This document shows, piece after piece, positions 51,209 through 64,000 of a stretch of 64,000 bases of DNA. Under the pieces are notes generated by a model, which made no database searches, had not been told where the DNA came from, and was given only the letters and a program-made list of their open reading frames with translations. The DNA is from Lingula anatina (lineage: Eukaryota > Animalia > Brachiopoda), in NCBI GenBank assembly GCA_051362555.1, contig CM120642.1, positions 33,418,001 through 33,482,000 on the forward strand. Direction: 5' to 3'. Position numbers and translations under genes: made by a program. Each line of letters begins with the position of its first letter. Position 1 is the first letter of the stretch.

Positions 51209-54156
51209 ATTTAACTTAAAACGAAGTTGTCGGCACTAGAAACCCTGATTATAAGGTGACTAGAAACCCTGGTTGTAAGGTGGGGTCACCTTTTGGCGAT
51301 ATCAAAGAAATGTATGCGTCAGGCATGCCCTCCGTAACTGCACATTATTTTCAGACTTAAATTTCACCCCACTTTCATGAATATCCAGAGATATCTGCTT
51401 AATTTTTTGTAATCGTCAAGGCTTTAGGCTTAGTGTACATGTATGTAGGATGAGGTGTACCCATTACATTAATAATCATATACTCAGAATTTGCTCTGTC
51501 ACAGATCGAACTATAGTCTACTAGCAATAAAATCATTTTCATGCCTCCGAACACCACTGACATACGTCTCATTGTTGCCAACCGGAACTAAAAAAATGAG
51601 CACATTGATATTGCTTTCACTGAAACGTGCAGCCAATTTTTTCCCATCCGTTAACATCAAGCATACAATTTCCTACAAAATAATCACAACTTTGTTGGTT
51701 GTGTTTTTAAACCACTACTCTAATGGGCTGAATGTTTGCACGCACACATTTCCTGTGGCACAAAGTTGCGTCAATATGAGAGGGCGATTGATCACCCGTG
51801 AACTCTCTCTTTGGAAATAAGGTCATAATTGTGAAAATCCCATAAATTGACCGCCCCAAGAAACTGGGAATACAACAGATATAAAAAAATTATTGGCTTC
51901 TCTCTTTGTTATTCTTCTCTGTGTTCATAGAGGTCATAAACCCCATTCCCATACATAGATCGATCTAACAGGATCAGTCCATCTTTGAAGGGTTTCTTGC
52001 TAAATTGCCTTCATCTTAAGCGGCTTCGAAGTGTGGCACGCTTACTAAAGCTGTTCAGGGGTAAGTAACTGTCATTTATCAGCTTCAGCCGCTTAATCTG
52101 AAAGAACTTAAGCGAAAAACCACTCAGAGATGGACCGATCCCGCTAGATCGATCTAGGTATGGGAATAGGGTCATAGCTTACCTATTGAAGTTCAACTCT
52201 GTGTTTGTCCGCCGCATGAGAACAGTCCACCCTTGCTCACAGTACACCCGGAGAGTTTTCTTCATGCCGGGGACATAAATCCAATGAAGTCCATCTTCTC
52301 CTTCTAGAACACGTATATACAAATATGCAGAAAGATTTAACAGAGGGGACGCCGTATTATATATTACTGAGAGAGAGAGAGAGAGAGAGAGATATCAACT
52401 ACATATTCGATCAAAGTGTAATGCATTTTGTCAGTTGATTGTTGTTTATTTATTTCATTATCTATAATTGATTAGTTCTAGTGCTGTTTTCGAAGTTATG
52501 ACCTACATGTAATTGGCAGAATGAATTTTTACATCATAATTTCTATGGCTGACTTTCTCGATTTTACAATACCGAATATTCTGTTAAAGACAACTACAGA
52601 TGCATGTTGTACCCGTAGAAATCATGCTTTTATGCTTTTGTAGATTAGCTGGCTATTTGAATTATCCTGTATTATCCTGGCGGTTCGAATAATAGGATAA
52701 TAATGAAAATACATCTAGTTCGTTGAGTACCAAGTGAATTTGTTTACGCTCTTATAGGCACACTATTCTGCAAAGTACAGTTAAAGCATGATATCGATTT
52801 TGTAACAGTAATTGGCAGAACGTCTGGTAGGTAGTGTCCCCTTATAACTCTTAATACAAACAGAATTTTGTCACATTGTTTGAAGGACAAGCAGCAGGAT
52901 GAATCTGTTACAAGACGTGTCTATAATGTATGCGAATACAGCGTGTTTTAACTGGTGGTGTTGTCAACAGTCAAGCATGGAGACTGACCCAGGAACCCTT
53001 TTATTCCTTTTAAACGTCTCATTTGAACGGTAAAGCAATATTGGTATTCAATAAAGCAAATGTCTTGTTTTAAGTGTGTATCGGAATTCGTTATTGTTAT
53101 TATGATCGGAATCGTTATATCTAAATTTAGTTCTGTTCAGCTTACTGTTTCCAATAATTAAACAGGAGATAGAAAGCTATTAGTACACCTCCAATAGATC
53201 GCTGCAAACATAATCGTCTGGAATAAGTTTTGATGTTTACTCTTAAACTGTTCAAGGCTTAAAATTACCAAATAGCAATTCAAAATTATTTTCTTTTCTT
53301 TACATCTTTTCTTACCATAAAATTCTTCAAAATGTTTTCAGTAAAGTTCAAATCCTATGTTCACTTTTGCGTTTTAAGGAATGTGGAGAAACAAACATGA
53401 AAGAAAAAGGAAATTGCTCAGTGAAAGACTACTCACCGTACTCAGCGCAGTCATGCGGGAGCTAAAATTGACAAAAATAATAGGTGACTTAAGATACAAC
53501 TTTGTTTTAATCTAAAAAAAAAAAACTATTCTCCTGCTTTCTGTCTGCAAGTTTTTTTTCAAAATAAATTTTGACAGGAAATGAAAAATTGTGATGCATG
53601 ATCACAGGCTTTAATGTGAGAAAGATAGATTCTTGAAAGAAAGGTCATGATACTAAGTGCATGCCACTAAACTTGGTTCTACCAAACAATAGCACGATAT
53701 TTCGTCGAGTATTTTTAAGTAAAGGTATCTAAAAACACAGTATCATCGTAATAAAATGAGCTTTAAAAATTCATCCCCCAGGTAAAAAAAATTGTATCGT
53801 AGACATCTTCATATTCTCTGGCCTACCTTCAAATAGTATTGACTTCCCGATTCATCAGACAGTGACGCTCCTGTAGCGGAAAGATCTGCGGCTGAGTTCA
53901 GTTCACAAAGGGTGTTGCTCGATCTTAAATTAAATGACTTACAAAGAGGGTCCTTAACGCAGTCCCGTGCGCACTCTAAACTCTGAAATCTGCGTTGAAT
54001 TGGTTTGGTTTGTAGCACGGAGTTTGACAAGTATTTATCGCGACGGAAAACGAAGGCATCGGCATCATCGTTTGTGCTACTGTCAGATTGTGCCCGACAT
54101 AAACACAAAGTTAATGCAAAGATGACCAGAAAGCAGAACGCCCGTGTTTTCCACAT
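50067..54156 (-). CDS. Secreted PAN/Apple + fibrinogen-related domain protein, copy C (~326 aa)
   Basis: Exons 54156-53827 (MWKTRAFCFLVIFALTLCLCRA + PAN, ECARDCVKDPLCKSFN..CELN), 53461-53437 (LPHDCAEY), 52303-52183 (VYCEQGWTVLMRR), 50571-50067 (DKDQD, NCA..GGWWYRAC). Total 981 nt, in frame. Confidence 0.92.
50684..50895. mobile_element. Fold-back MITE (GATCGATC family)
   Basis: Ends ATTTCCAGAG..TAGATCGATCTA and TAGATCGATCTAAAAGCTCTGGGAATA; the internal arm AGTGAGACTCCCCGCGG resembles the 5977-6077 element. Confidence 0.7.
51178..51206. repeat. Poly-C tract
   Basis: Run of ~29 C; reads as poly-G on the sense strand of PAN-FReD copy C. Confidence 0.9.
51941..52171. mobile_element. Fold-back MITE (GATCGATC family)
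   Basis: Arms CCCCATTCCCATACATAGATCGATCTAACAGGATCAGTCCATCT and AGATGGACCGATCCCGCTAGATCGATCTAGGTATGGGAATAGGG, with further internal pairing (TTAAGCGGCT/AGCCGCTTAA). Confidence 0.85.
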
Positions 54157-54823
54157 TGCTGCCAAGATGTGAAATGTAGGCCTAATAGCGATAAACAATG
54201 AACGACTGAGCCGTCTGATGTTTTTATTGATCAGCCCCAGCACTTAATTAAAATTTATTTGACATATATTGTTGATATCAGTTTACCTCTGCGTCATGTT
54301 ACACCAGAAACCAATGCAAAATCAATACATTTACGTTAACAATGTAACATGTGTACGGCCTTGATCCTGCCTGAACCGATTGGATCTTGACCTATTGAAC
54401 AGATATCGGAAACTCATTACATCACGTTTGATAACGAATTTACACCTCGACGGTCCTTTAATGAACATACATGTACAGTATGCATAAATTGCCTAAATGG
54501 GTGAATAACACTAACTGGTTGTGCATTATTTAGTATCTAATTCGTATTTTCATAACAGCTGGCCCCTGGAGAAACCGAGAGCATTTACAGGGTAAATCTC
54601 ACACATTTTATACACCCTTTACTATACGCATAAAGCGGACGTAATTAACACACAAAAGGCAAGGCGAAGTATATAATTTTAGTATTGTGTTCCCCGAAAC
54701 GTCTCCCTGCGTTCCTATTGCAAAAATCACTTTAAACCAAGAGTTCGAAAAGATCAGCAAAACGTCTCATTTCAGCGAATGCCTCAATGTGGTCCTGATT
54801 TGATACTCTCGTCTGGATCTCAG

Positions 54824-57800
54824 TTACCTGAAGAAACCCCATAAAAATGCCCCAACGCTCAGACAAATGACGAGATTGACATTGACAACTCTCCGCCACT
54901 TGGGATTTTCCTCCATGACCAAAAGCGCCATTCTTCTTTCCATAGCTTTGTGTTCCTCAGTATTTTCGCTTTCGTTGTGTAAAGCATTGTAGCCACATAC
55001 CCAGTATAGGATCCTCTTCCAAGCAGGTAATTCTACTGAAAAATGATGGGAAAAAAATAGTAGATCGGTTTTGTTATCAGTTACAGGTACATGTACGATC
55101 CTCAGCAATGGAGGGGTTTAAAATGTTTCAATTGCTGGAACATTTGAAGTCAATCTTTTTAAAAATACGGTTATATAATGACCTTAAATCTTTCAAAATT
55201 TTGAAAAAAGCTAATTCTGTTCAGAAATGCACTTTATATCTAGTTCATGTTTGTTACACCCACGCGTGGCTTTTGTAGATGAGCCCTGTCCACTTGCTTC
55301 AGATATATCTTCCGGGATCTCCTCCGATATCTCCAGTGCTCCTATTTCTTTTGATACGGAAAATACCATATTTTTAGGTTCTGTTCGTGTATCTTCATCT
55401 AGGTGTAGATCACTCTTGGTGGACCAAGTTAGTCTTACCAGCTACAATGAATAAATAAAATTTTATAAAACGTTATTTTTGAGGTCAGTTTTTAAGTTTG
55501 AACCACATACAAACTTGCGCCATTGTGACATAAATAAGGAATCAGTTTACGGCGTGTATTTTGCATGCGTGACGTGGATAATACTACATGGAAACGCAAT
55601 GATATGCAACATGAGCAATTTCTATGAAAAAAAAAAGCTTCCGTTTCTTTTATAAACAGTATTAAATGAGTTACTATATGTAAAAGCGTAGGGTTAAACG
55701 TTTTTCAATTTCATAAAACCTTGAAAATACATGAATATATAGTTCAACTTACATTTTTTTTCTCCTGAGGTTTGGTGAGGATGCTAACCACAACAGTGAC
55801 AATTATACACAGAACAAATAATACACATGCATAGTTCAGGAAATGAAATTTTTTTAGAATTCCTGGTCGGTTATCTGGGATTCCGCAAGGTGGTGCTGGG
55901 AGCGCAAAGTCTGCTATCATTCTGGCGACTCCCAATATGAGCCCAACCAGTAGTCCCCAAAAAGCGCCCTGAAAAGAATAAAAAATGGCCAGCCATAGGA
56001 AAAAAAATCAATTTTTCATGATATACAATATTAAAGAAGACGGAGGAAAAAGGATTTGCATATTATATTGCAAAACGTTCTCCGGTGACCTGTTTTTTTT
56101 TTTTTTTAAAGTGAAGTATCGCACGTACCTTAATAATAAAATCAAATTTTATTAAGCAGTTTTATCAACGCAGTGATAAATCTCAATACGTAAAAACAAC
56201 TGTGAAGAAGGATTATCACGTCTACTAGTACATGCTTTAAAACAACCGCCTTTCTCTCCTGAAACAGCATTAAACAGTGAGGAATTTACCGGTTCGTTCA
56301 CCCTGCTCCAGGCTATCGCCATAACAAAGCAGGCCAGCACTGGCGGGGCAAGGTAAGAGTTGACAGACTGGAGGTAGTTTAACAGTTGCCCCTCTCGTGC
56401 CCCGCCAACTATCGGCAACCAAGCAATGCTGAATCCACCAAATACAATGATGAACAATCTGAAAGATGTTAAATATTGATGATTGCTACAGTTTGCATAC
56501 TGAAGTATTAATGACGTCAACGGACAATAAATAATACTCCCCTTGGTCAATACATACGGCATGATGAACCTTCCAATCATCTATTTCTGTTGAATTTTAT
56601 ATTGACATTTTAACACAATGATGGATAATTGGTTATTTATTGGGCATGATCTTCAGCGAAAAACAACATACAAGCCAACATACATGTATATGCATGAATT
56701 TACTATAGAAAATTAGATTTACAGAGATAATACAACTGAAATAAAAAACTTGCTTACCTCCCAACAATCATAATTTCCCATTCAGATGCTCTTTTCCTAA
56801 TCTTCTTCCATATGTCTATAGTAAATACTGTGCTGCCGCTGTTGAATATAGACGACAAGGAACTCATCAAAGCCGTGAGTATGGCGGCTAACATCAAACC
56901 TTTTAACCCTGAAAATGGGATAATTTGTCATCTGACGAATACGAAATATCAAAATGATATTAGTTTGTCAGCTAACTAGTTAATAGTTTTTTTTGTTACT
57001 GCAGATGATGTGTTTACATTATGCCCCTATATTCCTCCACAAATTAGCAGTGCAGATATTTAAATGTAAATGTTGAATTAGGCCTATAATATAACGTGAA
57101 CTAACCCACGGGCATAAGTTGCAATATCAGCGTTGGATATGCAATATTGGAGCATCCTTTAGAATTCCCGCACACTCTTGTACAAGATTCGGGGCTAGCG
57201 CATGCCACTGTGTCTTAAATATATAGACAATTATGTCAAAATCAAGGAAGATTTACACACGTTTATCATCACGTGTTTTTGTAAATGCATATACTTATAT
57301 AACAGTAAGTTTGGCCGCCGTTTACATTGTCATTTTGAAACACGCCTAATACCGCTTTGTAAATTAATACTCAAACAAATTGACGCGGTTTAATAAATAT
57401 TACAGAACAGCGTTTTGGTACAGCTGAGTTATTGTCAGACAGGTACCATAATGACAGCTACAATTTCTGTCAGTAAATAAGTTTGGTTTAAAACGCTTAT
57501 AGATCTGGGTAAACGGGATAAAAAAATCAATGTTTTAAAAACCAAGTTAAAGACGTTAAAATACATTAATTTAATCACTGTATATTCATTACATGTTAAA
57601 CATAGTAGTACCCGAAAATAAAGCTCTACTGGCCATCCCGGGCAGCACAATGAGGAACAATGGCAGAACCTTCAGATACGCCTCCAGTATACAACCAGCT
57701 TTGGCGTGGAGGGTGTTCCTTGCCGCTAGCGTCCTCTGTACTAGAACCTGATAGAAATATAAACAGGAAAAAATGTGATGCTTTCTTTCGGGAGGATTAA

Positions 57801-60494
57801 GTGTACAGGATTCTTTTACTTCATAATTTGTGTGCTTAAGTTATGATGTCGGTTTCATAATGATAAACATGGCTCAGCGTACTGTATATCCTTGTATTCG
57901 TTTATACTATAAACATGCATGCTGAAGTTAAGTTTATTTAGTTTATTGACTAGTCGTTTGATGGATTAGTGCCCTCAACGTACGTTTAAGATCCTCATGG
58001 TCAATTTTTGTTGCCTTTTTCTGACAACTTTCAACAGGATTTTGATATGATGACATCGATTATGTGCACAAATGCATAAAAGTGCACAAGAATTTGCCTC
58101 AGATATATCTGCTAACATCTAGTAAAAAAATCAATCTGTGGTTCTCGTAGAGAATACATGTAATTTGAGGACGCAATTGGCGAAACCCCGTTTTAATTCT
58201 GCTATATCCAAGGTAATTGTTATACTGACCTGGTTAGTGCAGAAGTACCAGGCTGAGAGGACACTAGCCCCGAATACTGACCCTGTCCACGGGTAGTGTG
58301 TGTCCGAAATGTCCCGGATGATGTGGAAGGCCTGGGGGTCCGGTAGCCCACATGTCCCGTTTCCATGTAACTCTCCATTTGGTAAAGACAGGAAATACTG
58401 CGACTGCAGACCGTCGTACCCATCAATTCTTACCAGAGCTGGAAATAACGCGATATATTAACATAGGCGGATCCTGGATAGGTGCGTAATTTTGTTTCAA
58501 AAGACGTACCCCCTCCCCACACATTGAAACTTCAAAATCATCTGTAAAATGCCAAATATTTACCAAAAATAACCTACCTCTCTCAATCTCTCTCTTTGTG
58601 TTTGTGTGTGTGTACTTTTCTTATTATGTTTGACAAAAGTAACTAACTTTTTATGACTCGGACAGTGTAGTGCGACTGATAGGATTATATGTGTGAGTGA
58701 AAACTGATCCATGCACAAGGAGGAAGAACGTGACAGTCAATATGTGTACACTATACCTATAACGGCCAAAACTGTGGAGCCCACCAATAGGACTACTGTT
58801 TGAAGAGCATCTGTATATATAATAGCTGTTAGCCCTCCTGAAAGGAAAAAAGATGCCCTTGCTTTTAAGTATTAATCTATGCGTATAAAAATAAATGAAT
58901 GAATTAATACGAAGAAAGATAAGCAAATAATATATAGATATAAACGGTTGAATAATCACATCGATTATAATTGTAATTACATAGTTATCGACATACTGGG
59001 TACACATATCACCATGTAGGTTTATGTAAAGGTCGACTTAACAATATGAACTAAATATTTTAAGTTGTATACAATGTTGATATATAAAATAAACTTATAA
59101 AACACAGCGCCCAATAATAACTGACTGTTGACAGTTGACAATGTACCTAACAGTGTGTACAGTGCAGTTCCAGTAAGCAGTACTAGTAAGGACAGGTAAA
59201 CGTCCCACCCGAGCACCTGCTGCACTATTAACACCCCCACGAACACCCCGGCAGACAACTTGGTGAATACCAGTAACAGGAGGTTCTGGACAGCCAGGTA
59301 GATCTGGAGACGACGGCTGCCAAACCGCTTCCGCAGGTACTCTGGCATTGTATATACCTGGTTAATGAGTTCAATTTTTAATATTCACGCAATATCAATT
59401 ATTTTTTAAATTTAATTATTTTTTTAAATGCAGACTTGTATATTAAGAGTTAAGCCTTACACGAAATAAAATGACATTAATGTTAGGTTAATTTTTATTA
59501 TACTTAAAGATTAAGCATGCTTTAAGATGCTAATGAGCTATATAAAAGTTATATTTTCGGTCGTTTACTGTCCCTATTATCACTTTCTTAATTTTACTGT
59601 TGCGTTTTTGAATTTGACGATTCACATCCTTATCCGATGAGCTTACGAGTAAATACGAGTAGAAACGACCTACTGGGGTTTTATGCCTGATACCCCTTAA
59701 AACACACACCTACCGACGCTGATATATAAACAGGAGCAAACACAAATCCAAGAAGAAGAACACAGAAAATACCCTGCAATAAAAAGGAGCGTTCAATATT
59801 AACTTAAGCTTATAATTATTGCAACATGTGGAGAACACATAAATCAAGCTCTCGCAGGTTCTTATACAGGGAGGTAAAAAACTTCAAATAAATATAATGT
59901 TCTGATAGAAATTCATCTTTTTTAAATTCTGCTTAGTTTAGAAATTGAAAAGTTTAACACTTGAATCATAAAAATATCATGTTGTAGACTTGATAAAAGC
60001 AAACAATGACATTCTTTAAAATGTTTCCTAATCAGTTGCGTGGTAAAATAAAAACATAAAAAAAATTCAGTTGCCAATCTGATTTTTATCATTTACCGTG
60101 AACTCATAACATATCACGGCTATTCCATCAGCTGCTGCCGCCCCTGCTATACCGATCAGGCTGATGCTCCCAATGTCGCTGATGTACAGGGAGAATCCGA
60201 CCTAAAATCACAACTAACACAATGATTTTGCTCTACACTTGAGCCACGTGGACACCTAACACAATCGCTGCATATTACGCAATACAGAGATGCTGTACAC
60301 GTGCACTATATATATACGTAATACATAAACATCCCGTTATCTCCAGTGCGTGTGGAATCCACTGATAGAAACATACAATGGTAACACTTTAAACTGTATG
60401 TGGTTCAAGTAGAACTGCAGTTCAATAGTACAAGTGACTGCATGGTAAAGCTTTAACGCCGAGGTTACTGTTATCGTTTAAGCAAAAAGAAACT

Positions 60495-60530
<36 letters not shown>

Positions 60531-61163
60531 ATTAGTGCATGTGTGAGGATGAAGAGGACATTTTTCTTACCTTTAGAAAATTTAGTCATATTATTGTTAA
60601 ATGAAGTAATACTGCACGTATTACAGACCTAATTCAAGATATGGAAAGAAAACCCTCATTAAACCTTTATTAAAGTGTTTGGAATTAAGTTTGTAGCACC
60701 TTACCAGCCACCACGCCATGTCCCGACCCGCCAAGAAATAGCCATGAGAGTGACCTCGACTGGATCGTGTTATAGACTGAAAAAAGAACAACTTCAACAG
60801 CAACGGGCACACTTTCAGTTTGACGAGCGAATAGGCCCAACGCGAGTTTCTGGCATATTGAATATCTCCGTTGCTTCTGACCGGGAAAGACAATGTTGAT
60901 TTTCTTAGTTATTATTTGCAATTTACTGGTAATTTGTAATGGTGACGATGGTAATGGTCATAATACTGATTGACATCATTCAAAGTCAGCCCGATCTTTA
61001 GCGAAAAAAGCATGGAGAGGATTTTGAAAATAAAAACGTCTCGGGTGTTAAAACCTATCTAAACCTACATCGAACCTACCCATATCACCACGGCAACCGT
61101 CAGGACAAAATGGCCGGCCATGACGCCGTAGTCCGCTACCTCCAAGGTGTTTTCCTGCGCCAT
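54824..61163 (-). CDS. SLC5 sodium/solute symporter (SGLT/SMIT-like), complete, ~663 aa, 14 exons
   Basis: Exons 61163-61080, 60776-60705, 60201-60097, 59773-59714, 59357-59147, 58837-58757, 58438-58230, 57747-57612, 57213-57106, 56908-56758, 56458-56290, 55968-55753, 55441-55264, 55035-54824 (1992 nt, in frame). Motifs [73 protein letters not shown]. Confidence 0.95.
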
Positions 61164-62317
61164 GATTGAAGGCCACAAGGTCCTGCACAAGTTAAAGACG
61201 ATAATGTGTTCTGTGACCCCTGTTTCAATGACTGTAGATAAGGGTAATTTATCAATATTACTTGGGTTAGTATTCTACTACCACTAGAAACGCTGTAACC
61301 TTTCTGGCGAAGAACAATATTAATAAAGTGAGCAACAGCTGTCGTGTGACATTTTCATTGTTAAAAAACGGTTTGATTATCAAAAAAAGTATCAAAGCAC
61401 TGTATACTAAAGATAAAAGATTAAAAGAGACTTCTCAGTAAAATAATAGAATTGATAACAAACACTGGTTGAGGCAATATTCCAATCATTTACATTGCGT
61501 AATTCATTTGGACAAATTCTTGGACTGAATGTTTTTTTTTTTCACAAAAAGTTTCGAAAAACAACAACATTCCAATAAATTTATAAATTTCCTAGATTAC
61601 GCACAAATTAGGCAACACTTAGGTAGTTTCGTGATTTTCACATTTTATTTAAAATGATATAAACCATAAGATACATTCATGTATAGTAAAGGACAAGGTT
61701 TTTGAAGTTTGGAACATTGGATTGCAATTGAAAATTCTGACTTCATCGAAGAATGAAAGGACGTTTAATGGCCAAACTGCCAGTTGTTTCAGTTAAGCGT
61801 CCAAACTATATAATGCCCAACTTCCCATTATATGTATATATGCTTTATTTGAACATGGCCTTGTTAATTATCCGCAATTTCTTATAATGTTCATAAGTTG
61901 GACGGATGCGCAATAAGATTCAATAAATTGTATTAAATCAAATAAATTATATAATGATATAATATAATATAATATATTTATTGCTTTGATTGAGAAAGAA
62001 AACGATGCACTGCAATGTAAAGTGGGCGTATGCTATATACAGACGATAAAACGGGGCGACTGAAGCTATATACTAGTAATTTTATTAATACTTATTTTTG
62101 CCTTCCAATTATGTACTACAAAATATAAACAAACTCTTAATTCCTATATACAATATATATATATAACTGATTATTTATATCAAAATTTTACACCTTTATA
62201 CTTCATCATATCACAAGATTAATGCCTTTTCCATTTAGTGTTAAAATTGAGGACAATTTCAGTTGATAACAAAAATGTCTTTTTTGGTGAGAATTTTTTA
62301 TAATCTCATCGATAGTG

Positions 62318-63974
62318 TTACCCAAAGAAACCCCAGAGAAATGCCCCGACACCAAGGCACACGATAAGATTAACGTTGATGATTCGCCGCCATTTTGGAT
62401 TTTCCTCCATTGCCATAGCAGCCAGTTTTCTGTCGGCCTTCTCGTGGTCCTCTACGTGTTCGTTTTCGTTCTGAGGTGTATGGCCACATATCCAGTATAT
62501 TACCTTCTTCCACGTGGGCGTTGGTTCTAAAGATATGATCAAACATCATTATTATTTTTTAAATTTTAAATCAAGATGCAGTACTCATGTTTTAAAAGTA
62601 CCAAATGCCATTTAATATAAACTTCATTACTTTTACAGTTTTTGTAGTTTAACAATAAAGATATTTAAACTACCCTCTGGTTTATTCAGAGAAATTTTCT
62701 AAATTTTACATCATAATTATTCAGTTCGTTTTAAATCACGAATCTCCTAAACATGGACAGTAAATGGTCCTTGATAAACAAGTATTTTGAATTTTAATTT
62801 TGATTTAAGAATATTGCGCCTTACTCTGAACGTCAGCGCTGGCAATCGACCAGGAGTCCATGGACTTGTGTATAATATCTTCCTCATAACTTCGTATTTC
62901 TTCAAGAGACTTCTGTGAAAGTTCTATTGTCTCTATGCCTCCAGATGTCGCAGTGGCGACAGTTGTTGTGGACACGTCAAGGCCCTCGTTGTCCCTGCCA
63001 GTGGTTATTTCACTGGGATGACAGTCATAGCGCGTGCCCCACGTCAGTCGCGCGAGCTGAAATATAGGGATACGTGTGAGAGACAAAAAGAGTGCAGACA
63101 TACGCTTCACATGCAGCTACACACACTTAGACGTATTTTGGATTTGGTGAAAATTTAGTCTTTATTTTGATAGCAAATGGGCATCACTGCTTTTACTCAA
63201 TGTTGCATCCTTCTTTAACGTACGAGTGCAAGTATATGGAATGTATTCCGGCCAGACCAAGTAACCAGTTTAAAGTACCATTGAAAGTAAAAACTCACCT
63301 CTTCCTCTGGTTGTGGCTTCGTAAACATACTGACGGTTATTGTCACAATAATACAAACAATGAATAAGGCAAAGGCGTAGTTTAGGTAATGAAAATCCTT
63401 CAAGATCCAAGGACGACTGTCTGGTAGACCGCAAGGAGGCGCTGGTAAGGCGAAATCAGCAATCATCCTGGCCAGACCCAAGACGAGCCCAACCATCATT
63501 CCCCAAAACGCACCCTATGAAAAAGAAAAGAAAATTTACCTTGAAATTGAACATACCTGTATAAAAATTTTGTTTCAGCTGATTAAACTATGCAAAGGAA
63601 AAAAGTACATGTATATTCTAAGTAAAACATAATACAACTGTTGGGCGAATCTTAAGGATGGTTAATACTATACTGTGTATGGGGTGTGATCACCATTCAT
63701 TTATACTGTACTAGCACATGTAGTATCCATAAATTATGTGTACTCAATTATGTGTATGTGTACTCCAATTTGCTTTATTTATTTCTACCTAGTGCTTTAG
63801 CTCACCGGTTCATTTATCCTTTTCCAAGCAACACCAAGACCAAAGCAGGCTAGTATAGGTGGCGCCAGGTACGAGGCAATGGACTGGAGGTAGTTGAACA
63901 GTTGACCGTCTTTAGCGCCCCCTACAATGGGCAGCCACACAACGCTGAACCCAATGAAGACAAGGACAAATACC
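62318..63974 (-). CDS. Second tandem SLC5 symporter paralogue, last four exons only (5' part beyond window)
   Basis: Exons 63974-63806 (GQLFNYLQSIASYLAPP), 63514-63299, 63056-62825, 62526-62318. Exon sizes 169 and 216 and the intron phases match the neighbouring SLC5 gene. Confidence 0.93.
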
Positions 63975-64000
63975 CTAGACAGAAAAACACGATTCTTTGA

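Overview
AT-rich eukaryotic (animal, probably marine invertebrate) genomic DNA with intron-containing genes, so most single ORFs in the supplied track are spurious or exon fragments. I reconstructed exon structures by hand from GT-AG boundaries and reading-frame continuity. In order: (1) the 3' part of a 13-exon CLC-family Cl-/H+ exchanger gene (+, 1-10279), with an intact tRNA-Arg(ACG) and several non-autonomous transposons in its introns; (2) a convergent 3-exon gene for a secreted ~194-aa SVWC/VWC-like protein with a very basic Tyr-rich tail (-, 11928-14743); (3) ~24 kb with no recognisable coding exon; (4) three tandem intact secreted PAN/Apple + fibrinogen-related-domain (FReD) genes sharing a 4-exon structure with a 25-nt microexon (-, 39645-54156); (5) two tandem SLC5 (SGLT/SMIT-like) sodium-solute symporter genes, one complete with 14 exons and one cut by the window end. 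The best candidates for new biology are the diversified PAN-FReD array, the SVWC-cationic-tail protein and the SLC5 with a remodelled substrate site. No database searches or computations were run; family assignments rest on recognised motifs.
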